Part shown: one piece after another, positions 9,401 through 17,908 of the stretch
How positions within the stretch are numbered: position 1 is the stretch's first letter
Layout of the letters: each line of letters starts with the position of its first letter
From: Akkermansiaceae bacterium
Lineage (GTDB): Bacteria; Verrucomicrobiota; Verrucomicrobiia; Verrucomicrobiales; Akkermansiaceae
Assembly: GCA_051251915.1 (NCBI GenBank)
Contig: JBPOGF010000001.1
Span: 367,451-431,450, forward strand
Direction of reading: 5' to 3'
Length of the DNA stretch: 64,000 nucleotides
The notes under the pieces: generated by a model
Told to the model about the DNA's origin: nothing
Databases searched by the model: none
What the model saw: only the letters and a program-made list of their open reading frames with translations
Made by a program: the position numbers and the translations under genes

Positions 9401-10788
9401 TTGGTGAGAATTTAGATAGGTATCCGGTTGAAGTAGAGAAGAAGGTTGATCCGGATTTTAGTAAGGAGATTTCTGCTGCTGTGCAGACGCATTCTACGTT
9501 TTCTTTGAATGTGAGTGATGTGAGTTATCAGTTGGCTAAGGATGTTTTGTTAGAGAAGGGTGGGATACCTGATGGGGATAAGGTGAGGGTGGAGGAGTTT
9601 GTGAATGCGTTTGATTATGGTGATCCGGGGGTTTCTAGTGCGAGTGGTAGTGGAGGGAAGGTGAATTGTGTGGTGGAGCAGTGTGCGCATCCGTTTTATC
9701 AGCAGCGGAATTTGGTGAGGCTGGGGGTAAAGACTGGGGCTATTGGGCGGTCGCTGCCGTTGAGGTTGACTGTTTTGTTAGATAATTCAGGGTCGATGGA
9801 GAGGGCTGATAGGAAGGCGACTGTGCTGAAGGCTGTGGAGGCGTTGGCTCGTGAGTTGGGGCCTGAGGATGAGGTGACATTGTTGAGTTTTGCGCGTGGT
9901 GCTAGGTTGGTGGCGCAGCGGGTGAAGGGTGATGAGGCGATGAAGTTGGTGGGGCTTGTTAGGGGGATTCCGTCTGAGGGTGGGACGAATTTGAGTAGGT
10001 CTATTGAGGAGGCTTATGCGATTGCTAAGGAGGGTGTGAAGGAGGGGAGTATGAGTAGGATTGTGTTGATTACTGATGGGGCGGCGAATTTGGGGAATGC
10101 GGATCCGGAGGAGTTGTCTAAGAGTGTGGAGCGGATGCGACAGCAGGGGATAGCGTTTGATGCTTGTGGTGTGGGGGCTGATGGTCTGGATGATGATATG
10201 CTGGAGGCGCTGACGCGTAAGGGTGACGGGAGGTATTATTTTATTAATAAGCCTGAGGATGCTGATGCGGGGTTTGCGCAGAAGTTGGCTGGGGCTTTAC
10301 GTCCGGCGGCACAGAATGTGAAGGTGCAGGTGGTGTTTAATCCGGAGCGTGTGGGGAATTATCGGTTGGTGGGATTTGAGAAACATAGGCTGAAGAAGCA
10401 GGACTTTAGGAATGATGCTGTGGATGCGGCGGAGATGGCTGCTGAGGAGGCTGGGAATGCGTTGTATCAGGTGGAGGCGCGGGCTGATGGGAGTGGTGAT
10501 GTAGGGACTGTGTTTGTGAGGTTTAGGGATATGGCTAGTGGGGAGATGGTGGAGCGTAGCTGGGTGATTCCTTATGAGGGGAATGCGGCGAGTGTGAGTG
10601 ATGCGGCGGCTTCGATGCAGTTGGCGGCGGTGGCTGGGATGCTGGGTGAGCGGTTGAAGTTTGGCGCTGATGCGGGGATAGATTTGAAGGATATGCGGGA
10701 TATTTATGGGAAGCTTAGGGGGAATTTCCAGGCTGATGAGGAGGTGCAGAATTTAATTAGAATGTGTGAGAAGGTTATTGGTTATTAG
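6481..10788 (+). CDS. Large anti-sigma-like membrane protein: N-terminal anti-sigma domain, TM, secretin-N-like domains, coiled coil, C-terminal YfbK-type vWA domain
   Basis: LVAMLMGELSAYEEAEMEEEL N-terminus; TM LLSVAACLLISVGAFVMMFL; STFSLNVSDVSY and VRVEEFVNAFDY (YfbK-like); MIDAS LLDNSGSM, GGTNL, LITDG; NVKVQVVFNP, DFRNDAVDAAE. Confidence 0.88.
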   Translation: MKDKNDNEIGVWNDPELEARLVAMLMGELSAYEEAEMEEELKGSPELRFFRDRMEEVMGLISEVGEQVEDEGGDDEWKMDGERRGGLLEKISSEEAVEAERVEVVGGGVQWRNLLSVAACLLISVGAFVMMFLRRGEVYRNQEELITYSVFSEEEEEIVKPVLGENAWAFSQSKEKEDLVATREVKGKRREFLYPTEYEFDEEKITKPEMSNEAPQRPSAPGSSMAKVIAASPGAAVNIPVPDEMVGEPSLGFGDGGDFGDGWGGFSGGGSKGREEGKQLGMLTKYSEIKQSNTDELGFDWVVEPFNANSTRREAWSGSLEKDGMAKSGGLLSVTGVFKTDKLDLKNTDSYAAWDGGEFNKSNIVAGGNRSGDYAINGADIDGVLNGIVTGGATLDLAERYSGGKDDSRKLSLGSFPKTLDNLDGGKGKLFRSGGLDDKDELAKIDYKRTRMLMNVDAFGINEAKDSSLLVREKLADIKLPLMEFDEDATVKDAINFLSSRAKELDGNTLDPSKKGMDFAFRDAAEVDGGELVEAGKIEDIKLGGLKIRDVPMDEALRQIAQQTGLRYKVEEGVVTLLKATDVDDNEMYARTFRVPEGMVDALKATMDDGAGLDDDPFAGEDISLEKASVKDLLEMQGIRFPEGTTVGYSKDRGTLTVRNTAEGLDQVEELVEMVKKEEQGKVLYGFEVKDASALLPSLDVEGKGKVAEQGNDVWEEAIPAVEEKKYYFGRKTNALRVGGGDAPEVMLTKEEYDARRLAAIEEFKEKRREQEDKVEDHRTRLYALSKKLQIPYHGKDGRFFAGRGDRDAREYDRADQAYEEAKRTKDQLESFTESLEGLSGEDLAVTLMASGRPEAAVLRADYDEISRLKQAKSVAVAGGLATGHDRVQSLDANIKEVEERLERSQVNVRKKLKEDLVVFGKNVEKLRIDSDKEVGDLMVGAEEKTRFGKVREDYERELAVLEAIKGAEFNELLGENLDRYPVEVEKKVDPDFSKEISAAVQTHSTFSLNVSDVSYQLAKDVLLEKGGIPDGDKVRVEEFVNAFDYGDPGVSSASGSGGKVNCVVEQCAHPFYQQRNLVRLGVKTGAIGRSLPLRLTVLLDNSGSMERADRKATVLKAVEALARELGPEDEVTLLSFARGARLVAQRVKGDEAMKLVGLVRGIPSEGGTNLSRSIEEAYAIAKEGVKEGSMSRIVLITDGAANLGNADPEELSKSVERMRQQGIAFDACGVGADGLDDDMLEALTRKGDGRYYFINKPEDADAGFAQKLAGALRPAAQNVKVQVVFNPERVGNYRLVGFEKHRLKKQDFRNDAVDAAEMAAEEAGNALYQVEARADGSGDVGTVFVRFRDMASGEMVERSWVIPYEGNAASVSDAAASMQLAAVAGMLGERLKFGADAGIDLKDMRDIYGKLRGNFQADEEVQNLIRMCEKVIGY

Positions 10789-10807
10789 TTATTGGTTATT
10801 AGTGAAT
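10773..10807. repeat. Heptamer tandem repeat (ggttatt/agttatt) spanning the vWA gene stop codon
   Basis: ggttatt ggttatt agttatt ggttatt agtgaat. Confidence 0.75.
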
Positions 10808-10821
10808 AGAGAAATTATATT

Positions 10822-13800
10822 ATGAAGATGAAAATGAAATTTGTGGGTGTTGTTGTTGGGCTTGTGATGAGTTTATTTGGTGGGGCGTTAGGGCAGGTTG
10901 CTCAGGATGAGGTGAAGGCTACTTTGCGGGCTGGTGGTGATGGGGGTGGTGGGGCTTTGATAGTGGAGGCGCGAGGGGTGCCGGCTAAGGCTCCGTTGTT
11001 TTTTACGGCTAGTTCTGAGCAGGTGGTGACGGTGACTTCGGATGCTGTTAGGCAGAGTGTTTCTTTGCATTATAAGAAGTTGCAGGGGGAGGATGAGGTG
11101 ATGAGCTTGGTGTTGAATCATAAGGTGGATGTTAAGTCTGTTAGAGGGAAGGGGCTGAAGGAGTGGTCTGTGAGAGAGGTGGATGGGGTGCATTATTTGG
11201 ATGTTAGGATGACAAATCCTAAGGCTGAGGAGCTGAAGTTGGTGATGGAGGCGGAGTTGTTGTTAGATGGTGGGGAGACGAAGCCTGTGGTGCGTTTGAT
11301 GACTTTGGGGATTCCAGAGGGTAATGGTGCGGGGTTTAGTGAGGCGATTACGATTATTAAGAAGGGTGTGCAGGTGAATGTGACGAAGGCATTTGGGTGT
11401 GTGGCGGCTAAGCCTTTGTTGCCGAATTCGATTGTGTTTCTGAGTAATGAGGAGGCGGATATAGAGTTGAGTATTCTGAAGTATGAGGGGGATTATGCGG
11501 GGATAGATCTGAGGGGTGTTTCTCTGAAGGGGAGGGTGGATGCTGATGGGGAGTCTGCGGTTGTTAGGCTTCGTGGTGAGCTGCATGTTAGGGAGGTGAG
11601 TGAGGAGCCGTTTTACCTGTTGAGGGGGAAGGTGGCGTTGACTCGTGTGCCGGAGGTGGGTTTATTTGGGGGGAAGTTAGAGATTAGGAGTGGTAAGACG
11701 GGGATGCATTATGGGGTTGTTTGTAAGCGGGTGGGGGTATATCCGATTGATTTGGAGTTTGCGGTTCCTATAAGTAGTGGGACTGGGTGGGATACGATGA
11801 ACTTTGTGGTGCCGAATGGGGCGGTGGTTCCTTTGGAGATTTCGGAGTTGGATGGGGAGATTGAGTTTCGTGATGACCGGTCTACGAATATGGATTTTAA
11901 GGATGAATTGTCATTGTGGCGGGGTGTGTTACCGGCTTCTGGGTTGTGTGATTTGCAGTGGAGGACTAAGTCTAGGGCGGGTGATGGGGAGTTGTTTTAT
12001 ACGTCACATGGGGTTTCTGAGATTAGTATTGGTTCTGGGTTGATGCATGCGGTTTCTACGGTGACGTTTAAGGTGCTGCAGGGGAAGATGGGTAAGGTGG
12101 AATTTGATATGGCTGGGGCTGGTGAGGTGGTGTCTGTGGTGGGGTCTCAGGTGGGGAGCTGGAAGGTGACTGAGGTTGCTGGAAAGCGGGTGTTGGAGTG
12201 TGAGTTGAAGGCTGAGACCAGTGATGTGAGTTATGTGCGGGTGGCTTCTCAGCTTCCTTTGGGGAAATTTCCTACTAAGGTGGAGCCTCTGAGTCTGACT
12301 CCGCGTGGGACGATGCGGCATTCTGGTTTTGTGAGAGTTTCTAACAGTGGGGCTGTGAGGGTGGAGACTAGTGTGACTGAGGGGCTGATGCAGCTGTCGC
12401 CGGATAAGTTTCCTAGTAGTGGAGCTAAGGTTAAGGGGAGTCAGCAGTTTGTGTATCGTTATCCTTCTGCGGATAGGAGGCTGATAGTGTCGGCGGATCA
12501 GATTATTTCTGAGGTGTCGGTGAGTCATATTACGACTTATGAGATGAGTGAGACGGATAGGGTGATAGAGGCTGATGTGGAGATAGATATTAGTGAGGCG
12601 AGGTTACGGGAGTGGAGTTTTATGATTCCGGCTGAGTATTCGGTTTCTGGGGTGAGTAGTGCGAATATGGTGGATCATGTGGTGAGTACGACGGTGGAGA
12701 ATGGGATGAGGTCGTTGAAGGTTTTGTTTGGTGGTGAGGTTATTGGGCGTCAGTTGATACGGGTTCGTTTAGAGAAGAATATGAGTGCGGCTGAGGGTGA
12801 GTGGAGTTTGCCGGTGTTGGCGTTTCCTGGGGTGAAGAGTGTGCGTGGGGATATTGGGATTTTGTCTGTTAGTGGGTGGAAGATGAAGCCGGTGGAGGGG
12901 TCTGTGGAGAGTCTGGATGAGCGTCCGTTGGCCTATTTTCCGAAGAGTAATGCGGTGGGTGATAGGTTGCAGCATGCTTATAGGACAAGGTCTGGTGAGT
13001 GGGGTGTAAGGTTGGAGATTAGTGCGATGGGGCAGTCGATACAGAGTGATTTGTTGCATTTGTATCATTTGAAGGAGGGGATTATGGAGGCGAAGGTTTT
13101 GGCTTATTATTTTGTGATAGGTGCGCCTGCGAATGAGTGGAAATTACAGCTTCCTGGGAGTGCTGAGAATGTGTCTGTGGAGGGGCAGAATGTGCGGACT
13201 TGGCATCAGGATGGGGAGGTTCTCATCGTGACGCTGAACCAGCCGGTGTTGGGTGGGGCTAAGCTGTTGGTGACTTATGAGGAGCCGATGAATGCTAGTG
13301 GGGGGAGGATCAATATAGGGTCTGTGACGCCGCTTGGGGTGCAGTCTGAGTCTGGGTATATTCATTTGGTAAGTAGTCATCAGGTGAAGGTGAGTGAGGT
13401 GGATAAGAGTGAGGGGTTGCTTAGGATTAGCCCGTTGGAGATGCCTTCTGAGCATCAGGTTTTGACTTCTGTTCCATCGGTGGAGGCTTGGCAGTATGCG
13501 AGTAGGCCGTTTGGGCTGTCGTTGACAGTGGAGACGTTGGAGTTGGTGAAATCTCTGAGTCAGGCGGTGGGTGCGGCTTCGCTGAATACTAGGGTGACTA
13601 GTGCGGGTGAGGTGGTGACGAATGCTACGTTTTTGGTGAATACTAGAGGGAAGAAGGCGCTTAAGATGAAGTTGCCTGAGGGGAATAGGTTATGGACGGC
13701 GAAGGCTGATGGGGAGCTGATCAATGCGCGGATCGATGGTGATGAGTTGATTTTGCCGCTTCCGGCGACTAAGGATGCGAATAGGTATAGGGAGCTGGAG

Positions 13801-16800
13801 ATACGGTATGGTGGGACTTCTGAGGATCCGAGGAAGGTGAGTGTGGGGCCTCCGGTGTTGTCTGCTCCGTTGACGATAGCTGAGTGGAAGGTGAGTGGTG
13901 ATAATCATTTGACTCCGATTGGGGGGAATGTGAAGCCGTTGCAGATGGTGGTGTCTAGGAATGGGTTTGATCAGTTGGCGAATGAGTATCGGTTGTTGGC
14001 TGGGGTTATGTTTTTGATGCTTGGGGGGATATTTCTTTTGAGGAGTGAGGTTAGGGATCGGTGGTTGATTTTGTTTGGGAATCTTTGGTTGGTTGCGACG
14101 GTTGTTTGCTGTTTAATTTTTGGTGGCAATTCGATTGATACGGATGTGGCTAGTTTTAAGGAATTTGATGTGGTGGCTCCGGTGGTGGGTGAGCAGGAGG
14201 TGGTGATGCTGGAGTTGGCTAATGATAGTTCTGCGCCTAGTAGTTTGTCTGGGGTTGGGGTTTTCTTGATGCTTGCGGGTGTGGGGTTGTTAGTGGTGGG
14301 GATGGTGAGGGAGGAGCTAGCTACGACGTTGGTGAGGGCTTCGGCGGTGTTTGTGTTGTTGTTGGGGTGCTTGATGCATGTGGGAGGGGCTGCTTATTTC
14401 TATTTTGTGATAGGGATCTTTGCGGCGTTGTTGCTGATGAGGGGGATTCCGAAGTTGTTGGGGCAGTGGAATTTTGAGTCTAAGTCTAAGAAATCTGTTA
14501 CGGTTGTGGGCTTGTTGTTGGTGAGTTTTATGGGGTTGATGAGTGATGTTAGCGCGGCTGATGGGGTTGCGGATTCTATGGTGGAGAGTTGGGATGTGAG
14601 TGAGGGAAAACTTAGTTCTGAGTTACAGGTTGTCTGGAATGCGGAGGAGGGGCAATCGCTTCAGGTGCTGCGTGCGCCGGCGGTTTTGTTAGGTGCTGAG
14701 GGGGATGGGTTTAGAGTGATCAAGGTGAAGGAAAAGGTGGATGGGGCGATGGTTTGGAAGTTGATAGCTGAGGAGAGTGGTGAGATAAGGGCGGATGTTA
14801 GGTATGAGATGTCATTTAAAGATATGGCGGAGTTGGCGGTGAATGTGCCTAGTGGGCAGGCTGGTGTGAAGTCGCTGGAGGTGGTGGTGGATCAGGCTGG
14901 GTGGAAGATTAGTTCTGCGGAGGCGGTGCGGTCTGAGGATTTGTTAGATGTGGGTGAAGGAGCTAGTGGGCAGCGGTTGACATTGTTGGGGATGGCGAAT
15001 GCAACGGTGATGCTGAAGCCGATGCCGCGAGATAGGAGTAAGGAGAAGTTGAGGTTTTTGGCGGAGGTTGCGGATGTTTATGTGCCTGCTCCTGGGGTGC
15101 TGGATGGGCGGCATAAGTTGAAGATTAAGCCGTTGGATGGTGAGGTGAAGGAGCTGACTGTGGAGATTCCTGATGGGTTGATGGTGGGGAATGTGGTAGG
15201 TGGGGCTCTGGATAGCTGGAGGTTTGATGCGGGGCAGAAGGTGTTGACGGTGACGATGAAGAGGGCGTTGGTGCAGGATTTTGAGTTGATGATAATGACT
15301 CAGCGTGGGGTGAAGGCTTACCCGCAGGACCTGGTGTTGGAGTCGGTGGTGGTGCGAGGGGCTGCGACTACGGTGGGTGCTATTGGGTATGGGTTTGGGG
15401 AGGATTCTCAGCCGGATAATGCGAAGGTTGTGGATTTGTTAGAGATTAATATTACTGATTTTGATAGTGATTTGCTGAGGGCTGCGCGTGATGTGCAGGC
15501 TAGGTTTGTGCTGCATAAGGCCTACCGGTATGGGGAAAAGCGTGGGAAGATAGATCTGAGGGTGGCGGCTGTTTCTCCGGAGATAAGGGTGCAGACTCAG
15601 CAGACGATTCGGTTGACGGATGAGCGGATGTCATTGCAGGTGCAGGCGATGGTGAATATTACGCGGGCTGGGGTGTTTGAGCTGAAATTTTATGTTCCTG
15701 AGGGTTTGGATGTGGAGGCTATCAATAGTCCTGCGCTGCGTGACTGGAGTGTGGTGGATGTGAATGGGAGGCGGCTTGCTACGATGTTTTTGAATGGGAA
15801 GACGATGGGTGAGCATGGGTTTGCGATTACTTTGCTGGGGGATGCTCCTGAGGTTGATCCGGGTGTGGAGGCTGATGTTTGGGGGGTGCCTCGTTGGTTG
15901 TTAGAGGGGGTGAGTAGGCAGCGTGGGGTTTTGACGTTGGTGCCTGATCATGGGATTCGGTTGCGGGTGGCTGAGAGGCAGCATGCTTCTCAGGTGGATA
16001 GTAAGGGTAATGTTGGTGAGAATAAGGGGTCATTGGCGTTTAGATTGCTTCAGAAGGACTGGAAGATATCGCTTAATGTGGAGCAGCTGGATCCTTGGAT
16101 TACGGCGGAGATTTTACAGCAGGTGAATGTGCGTGAGGGGTTGACGAAGCATTGGATGAATTTGCATTTCCATGTGGATCATGCGGTGGTGAAGCAGTTT
16201 CAGGTTCGGATTCCTGGGGTGGGTGTGGAGCAGAGTAATCAGTTGCGGGCAAGTGGGCCAGCGGTGAAGGAGATTGTGCATGTTGAGGGGGATGTTTGGC
16301 AGGTGAATTTGAGGCGAGGGGTGATAGGTGATGTTCCGGTGCAGATTGGGTATCAGGAGTTGAAGTTGCGTGATGGGGATGTGGAAGTGATCTCTCCGGT
16401 GCAGTTGTTAGATACGAAGCAGACGACTCATTATGTGGCTGTGCGTGCACCTGGTCAGCTGGAGTTGAGTGCGGCTGAGCTGCGTGAGTGGCGAGGTTTT
16501 GACTGGGGGAATGTGCCTGGGAAGTTGTATAATATTTCAGATAGGAGTGAGCCTAGTCTTTGCTATAGGGTGATGGATGCGGGGGTGAATATGGATCTGG
16601 GAGTGAAGCGTCATTCTATGGCAGGGACGCTGAAGTTACGTGTGGAGAGTGGGGAGATGCGGACGATGTTTAGTGCTGATGGTAGTGCGCTGAGTAGGCT
16701 GAGTCTGGCTGTGAATGTGGCGGAGAAGTCTAGTTTGAGAATTTCACTGCCTGTGGGTGCTGAGCTTTTCAATGTGATAGTGAATGAGAAGAGTGCTGAG

Positions 16801-17754
16801 GTGGTGAAGGAGGCTGGGGCTGAGAATACATTTACGTATTGGTTTCTTGTTAGTGAGTCTATTAAGGAGAATGAGTTGGCGACGGTTCAGATTACTTATG
16901 AGATGAGAGCGGGTGAGCGTGGTGGTGGGAAGGTGACTTTGCTGGGGCCTATTTTGAGTATTCCTTTGGAGAATATTGATTGGTTTGTGATGCTTCCTGA
17001 TGGGTATGATATGAGTGGGTATGAGGGTGAGTTTGTGTATGAGGATACGATTTATAATGATGATCTGGGGAGTTATGCGGATGCGTTTAGGGAGATCAAG
17101 AAGGCGCGTTATTTCCAGCTTCGTGAGGAGGGGAAATTGGAGCTAGACAGGGCGATGGGGTATAGTAATGGGGGGGAGATCGATAAGGCGAATGCGGCGC
17201 TTCATAGGGTGATACGAAATCAGGCGGTGGATGCTGCGAGTAATGAGGATGCGCGGGTGAAGCTGGAGAGTAATATGACTAGTCAGGCGATCATGGGGTT
17301 GAATACTCGGAGTCAGAGATCTTATATGGATAATAAGGCGATGGGGAATACGCAGTATGATAATAATGCGCTTGAGGAGGCTGTTTCTAGGAATCCGTTT
17401 TTCTTGGGGAGTCGGAATTTCAATCCGAATCAGTTGGGGGATTTGATGCAGGGGAATAGTGATGAGGAGATTTTGGCGATGCAGCGGATAGCGCAGAAGT
17501 TGGTGAAGCCGCAGTTGGTATCGACGAATGCTGGGCAGGCTGTGGAGTTAGAGATTTTGGAGACTCGGAAGGTGGTGCATTTCCGTAAGGATGTGCATCT
17601 TGCTGGGGATAGTGGGTTGGCGATTCAGTTGGAGCTGGATCAGGCATCCCTTACAGGAAAAGGTGTAAGCTCACACAGTAGCAGCTCAAACTTTGGTCTC
17701 ATCCTCCTCTTAGCCATCATCAGTTTCCTCGGAATGTGGTTAGCGAAGAGGTAG
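10822..17754 (+). CDS. Giant (2310 aa) exported, membrane-anchored protein of unknown function with repeated beta-rich modules
   Basis: Uninterrupted ORF; N-terminal signal peptide, six hydrophobic segments at 13990-14559, C-terminal TM plus KR tail, recurring module motifs. Confidence 0.9.
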   Translation: MKMKMKFVGVVVGLVMSLFGGALGQVAQDEVKATLRAGGDGGGGALIVEARGVPAKAPLFFTASSEQVVTVTSDAVRQSVSLHYKKLQGEDEVMSLVLNHKVDVKSVRGKGLKEWSVREVDGVHYLDVRMTNPKAEELKLVMEAELLLDGGETKPVVRLMTLGIPEGNGAGFSEAITIIKKGVQVNVTKAFGCVAAKPLLPNSIVFLSNEEADIELSILKYEGDYAGIDLRGVSLKGRVDADGESAVVRLRGELHVREVSEEPFYLLRGKVALTRVPEVGLFGGKLEIRSGKTGMHYGVVCKRVGVYPIDLEFAVPISSGTGWDTMNFVVPNGAVVPLEISELDGEIEFRDDRSTNMDFKDELSLWRGVLPASGLCDLQWRTKSRAGDGELFYTSHGVSEISIGSGLMHAVSTVTFKVLQGKMGKVEFDMAGAGEVVSVVGSQVGSWKVTEVAGKRVLECELKAETSDVSYVRVASQLPLGKFPTKVEPLSLTPRGTMRHSGFVRVSNSGAVRVETSVTEGLMQLSPDKFPSSGAKVKGSQQFVYRYPSADRRLIVSADQIISEVSVSHITTYEMSETDRVIEADVEIDISEARLREWSFMIPAEYSVSGVSSANMVDHVVSTTVENGMRSLKVLFGGEVIGRQLIRVRLEKNMSAAEGEWSLPVLAFPGVKSVRGDIGILSVSGWKMKPVEGSVESLDERPLAYFPKSNAVGDRLQHAYRTRSGEWGVRLEISAMGQSIQSDLLHLYHLKEGIMEAKVLAYYFVIGAPANEWKLQLPGSAENVSVEGQNVRTWHQDGEVLIVTLNQPVLGGAKLLVTYEEPMNASGGRINIGSVTPLGVQSESGYIHLVSSHQVKVSEVDKSEGLLRISPLEMPSEHQVLTSVPSVEAWQYASRPFGLSLTVETLELVKSLSQAVGAASLNTRVTSAGEVVTNATFLVNTRGKKALKMKLPEGNRLWTAKADGELINARIDGDELILPLPATKDANRYRELEIRYGGTSEDPRKVSVGPPVLSAPLTIAEWKVSGDNHLTPIGGNVKPLQMVVSRNGFDQLANEYRLLAGVMFLMLGGIFLLRSEVRDRWLILFGNLWLVATVVCCLIFGGNSIDTDVASFKEFDVVAPVVGEQEVVMLELANDSSAPSSLSGVGVFLMLAGVGLLVVGMVREELATTLVRASAVFVLLLGCLMHVGGAAYFYFVIGIFAALLLMRGIPKLLGQWNFESKSKKSVTVVGLLLVSFMGLMSDVSAADGVADSMVESWDVSEGKLSSELQVVWNAEEGQSLQVLRAPAVLLGAEGDGFRVIKVKEKVDGAMVWKLIAEESGEIRADVRYEMSFKDMAELAVNVPSGQAGVKSLEVVVDQAGWKISSAEAVRSEDLLDVGEGASGQRLTLLGMANATVMLKPMPRDRSKEKLRFLAEVADVYVPAPGVLDGRHKLKIKPLDGEVKELTVEIPDGLMVGNVVGGALDSWRFDAGQKVLTVTMKRALVQDFELMIMTQRGVKAYPQDLVLESVVVRGAATTVGAIGYGFGEDSQPDNAKVVDLLEINITDFDSDLLRAARDVQARFVLHKAYRYGEKRGKIDLRVAAVSPEIRVQTQQTIRLTDERMSLQVQAMVNITRAGVFELKFYVPEGLDVEAINSPALRDWSVVDVNGRRLATMFLNGKTMGEHGFAITLLGDAPEVDPGVEADVWGVPRWLLEGVSRQRGVLTLVPDHGIRLRVAERQHASQVDSKGNVGENKGSLAFRLLQKDWKISLNVEQLDPWITAEILQQVNVREGLTKHWMNLHFHVDHAVVKQFQVRIPGVGVEQSNQLRASGPAVKEIVHVEGDVWQVNLRRGVIGDVPVQIGYQELKLRDGDVEVISPVQLLDTKQTTHYVAVRAPGQLELSAAELREWRGFDWGNVPGKLYNISDRSEPSLCYRVMDAGVNMDLGVKRHSMAGTLKLRVESGEMRTMFSADGSALSRLSLAVNVAEKSSLRISLPVGAELFNVIVNEKSAEVVKEAGAENTFTYWFLVSESIKENELATVQITYEMRAGERGGGKVTLLGPILSIPLENIDWFVMLPDGYDMSGYEGEFVYEDTIYNDDLGSYADAFREIKKARYFQLREEGKLELDRAMGYSNGGEIDKANAALHRVIRNQAVDAASNEDARVKLESNMTSQAIMGLNTRSQRSYMDNKAMGNTQYDNNALEEAVSRNPFFLGSRNFNPNQLGDLMQGNSDEEILAMQRIAQKLVKPQLVSTNAGQAVELEILETRKVVHFRKDVHLAGDSGLAIQLELDQASLTGKGVSSHSSSSNFGLILLLAIISFLGMWLAKR

Positions 17755-17759
17755 AAGAC

Positions 17760-17850
17760 GGGAGCGTTGGCGTTCCGCCCGAATCAGCCCGAGCACTCTG
17801 CTAGTAGAGTGCTCTACATTGCAGATCTAGGCAAGATGCACGCGCTCCTG
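17760..17850. repeat. REP/REPIN-like composite palindrome; inner hairpin may act as terminator between convergent genes
   Basis: Outer imperfect inverted arms ggagcgttggcgttccgcc / ggcaagatgcacgcgctcc; inner perfect 9-bp stem gagcactct-gctagt-agagtgctc (17791-17814). Confidence 0.65.
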
Positions 17851-17908
17851 ACTCCGGTTAAATTTATCGATTACAATCACACTCCGTCTCGCGTGTTCTG
17901 CTTAATTT

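Noticed and set aside
6481..10788. Calling the 1435-aa protein a functional secretin (PilQ/GspD)
   Set aside because: Only N-domain-like blocks and short scattered pieces are present; there is no continuous secretin beta-barrel domain, and it has an inner-membrane anchor and a vWA C-terminus.
6056..17647. Many antisense ORFs rich in P/H/T/Q (e.g. 6056-6370, 12004-12528, 16100-16450; also 58939-59442)
   Set aside because: Shadow frames: the reverse complement of G/T-skewed coding DNA is C/A-rich and poor in stop codons, and they overlap well-supported genes.
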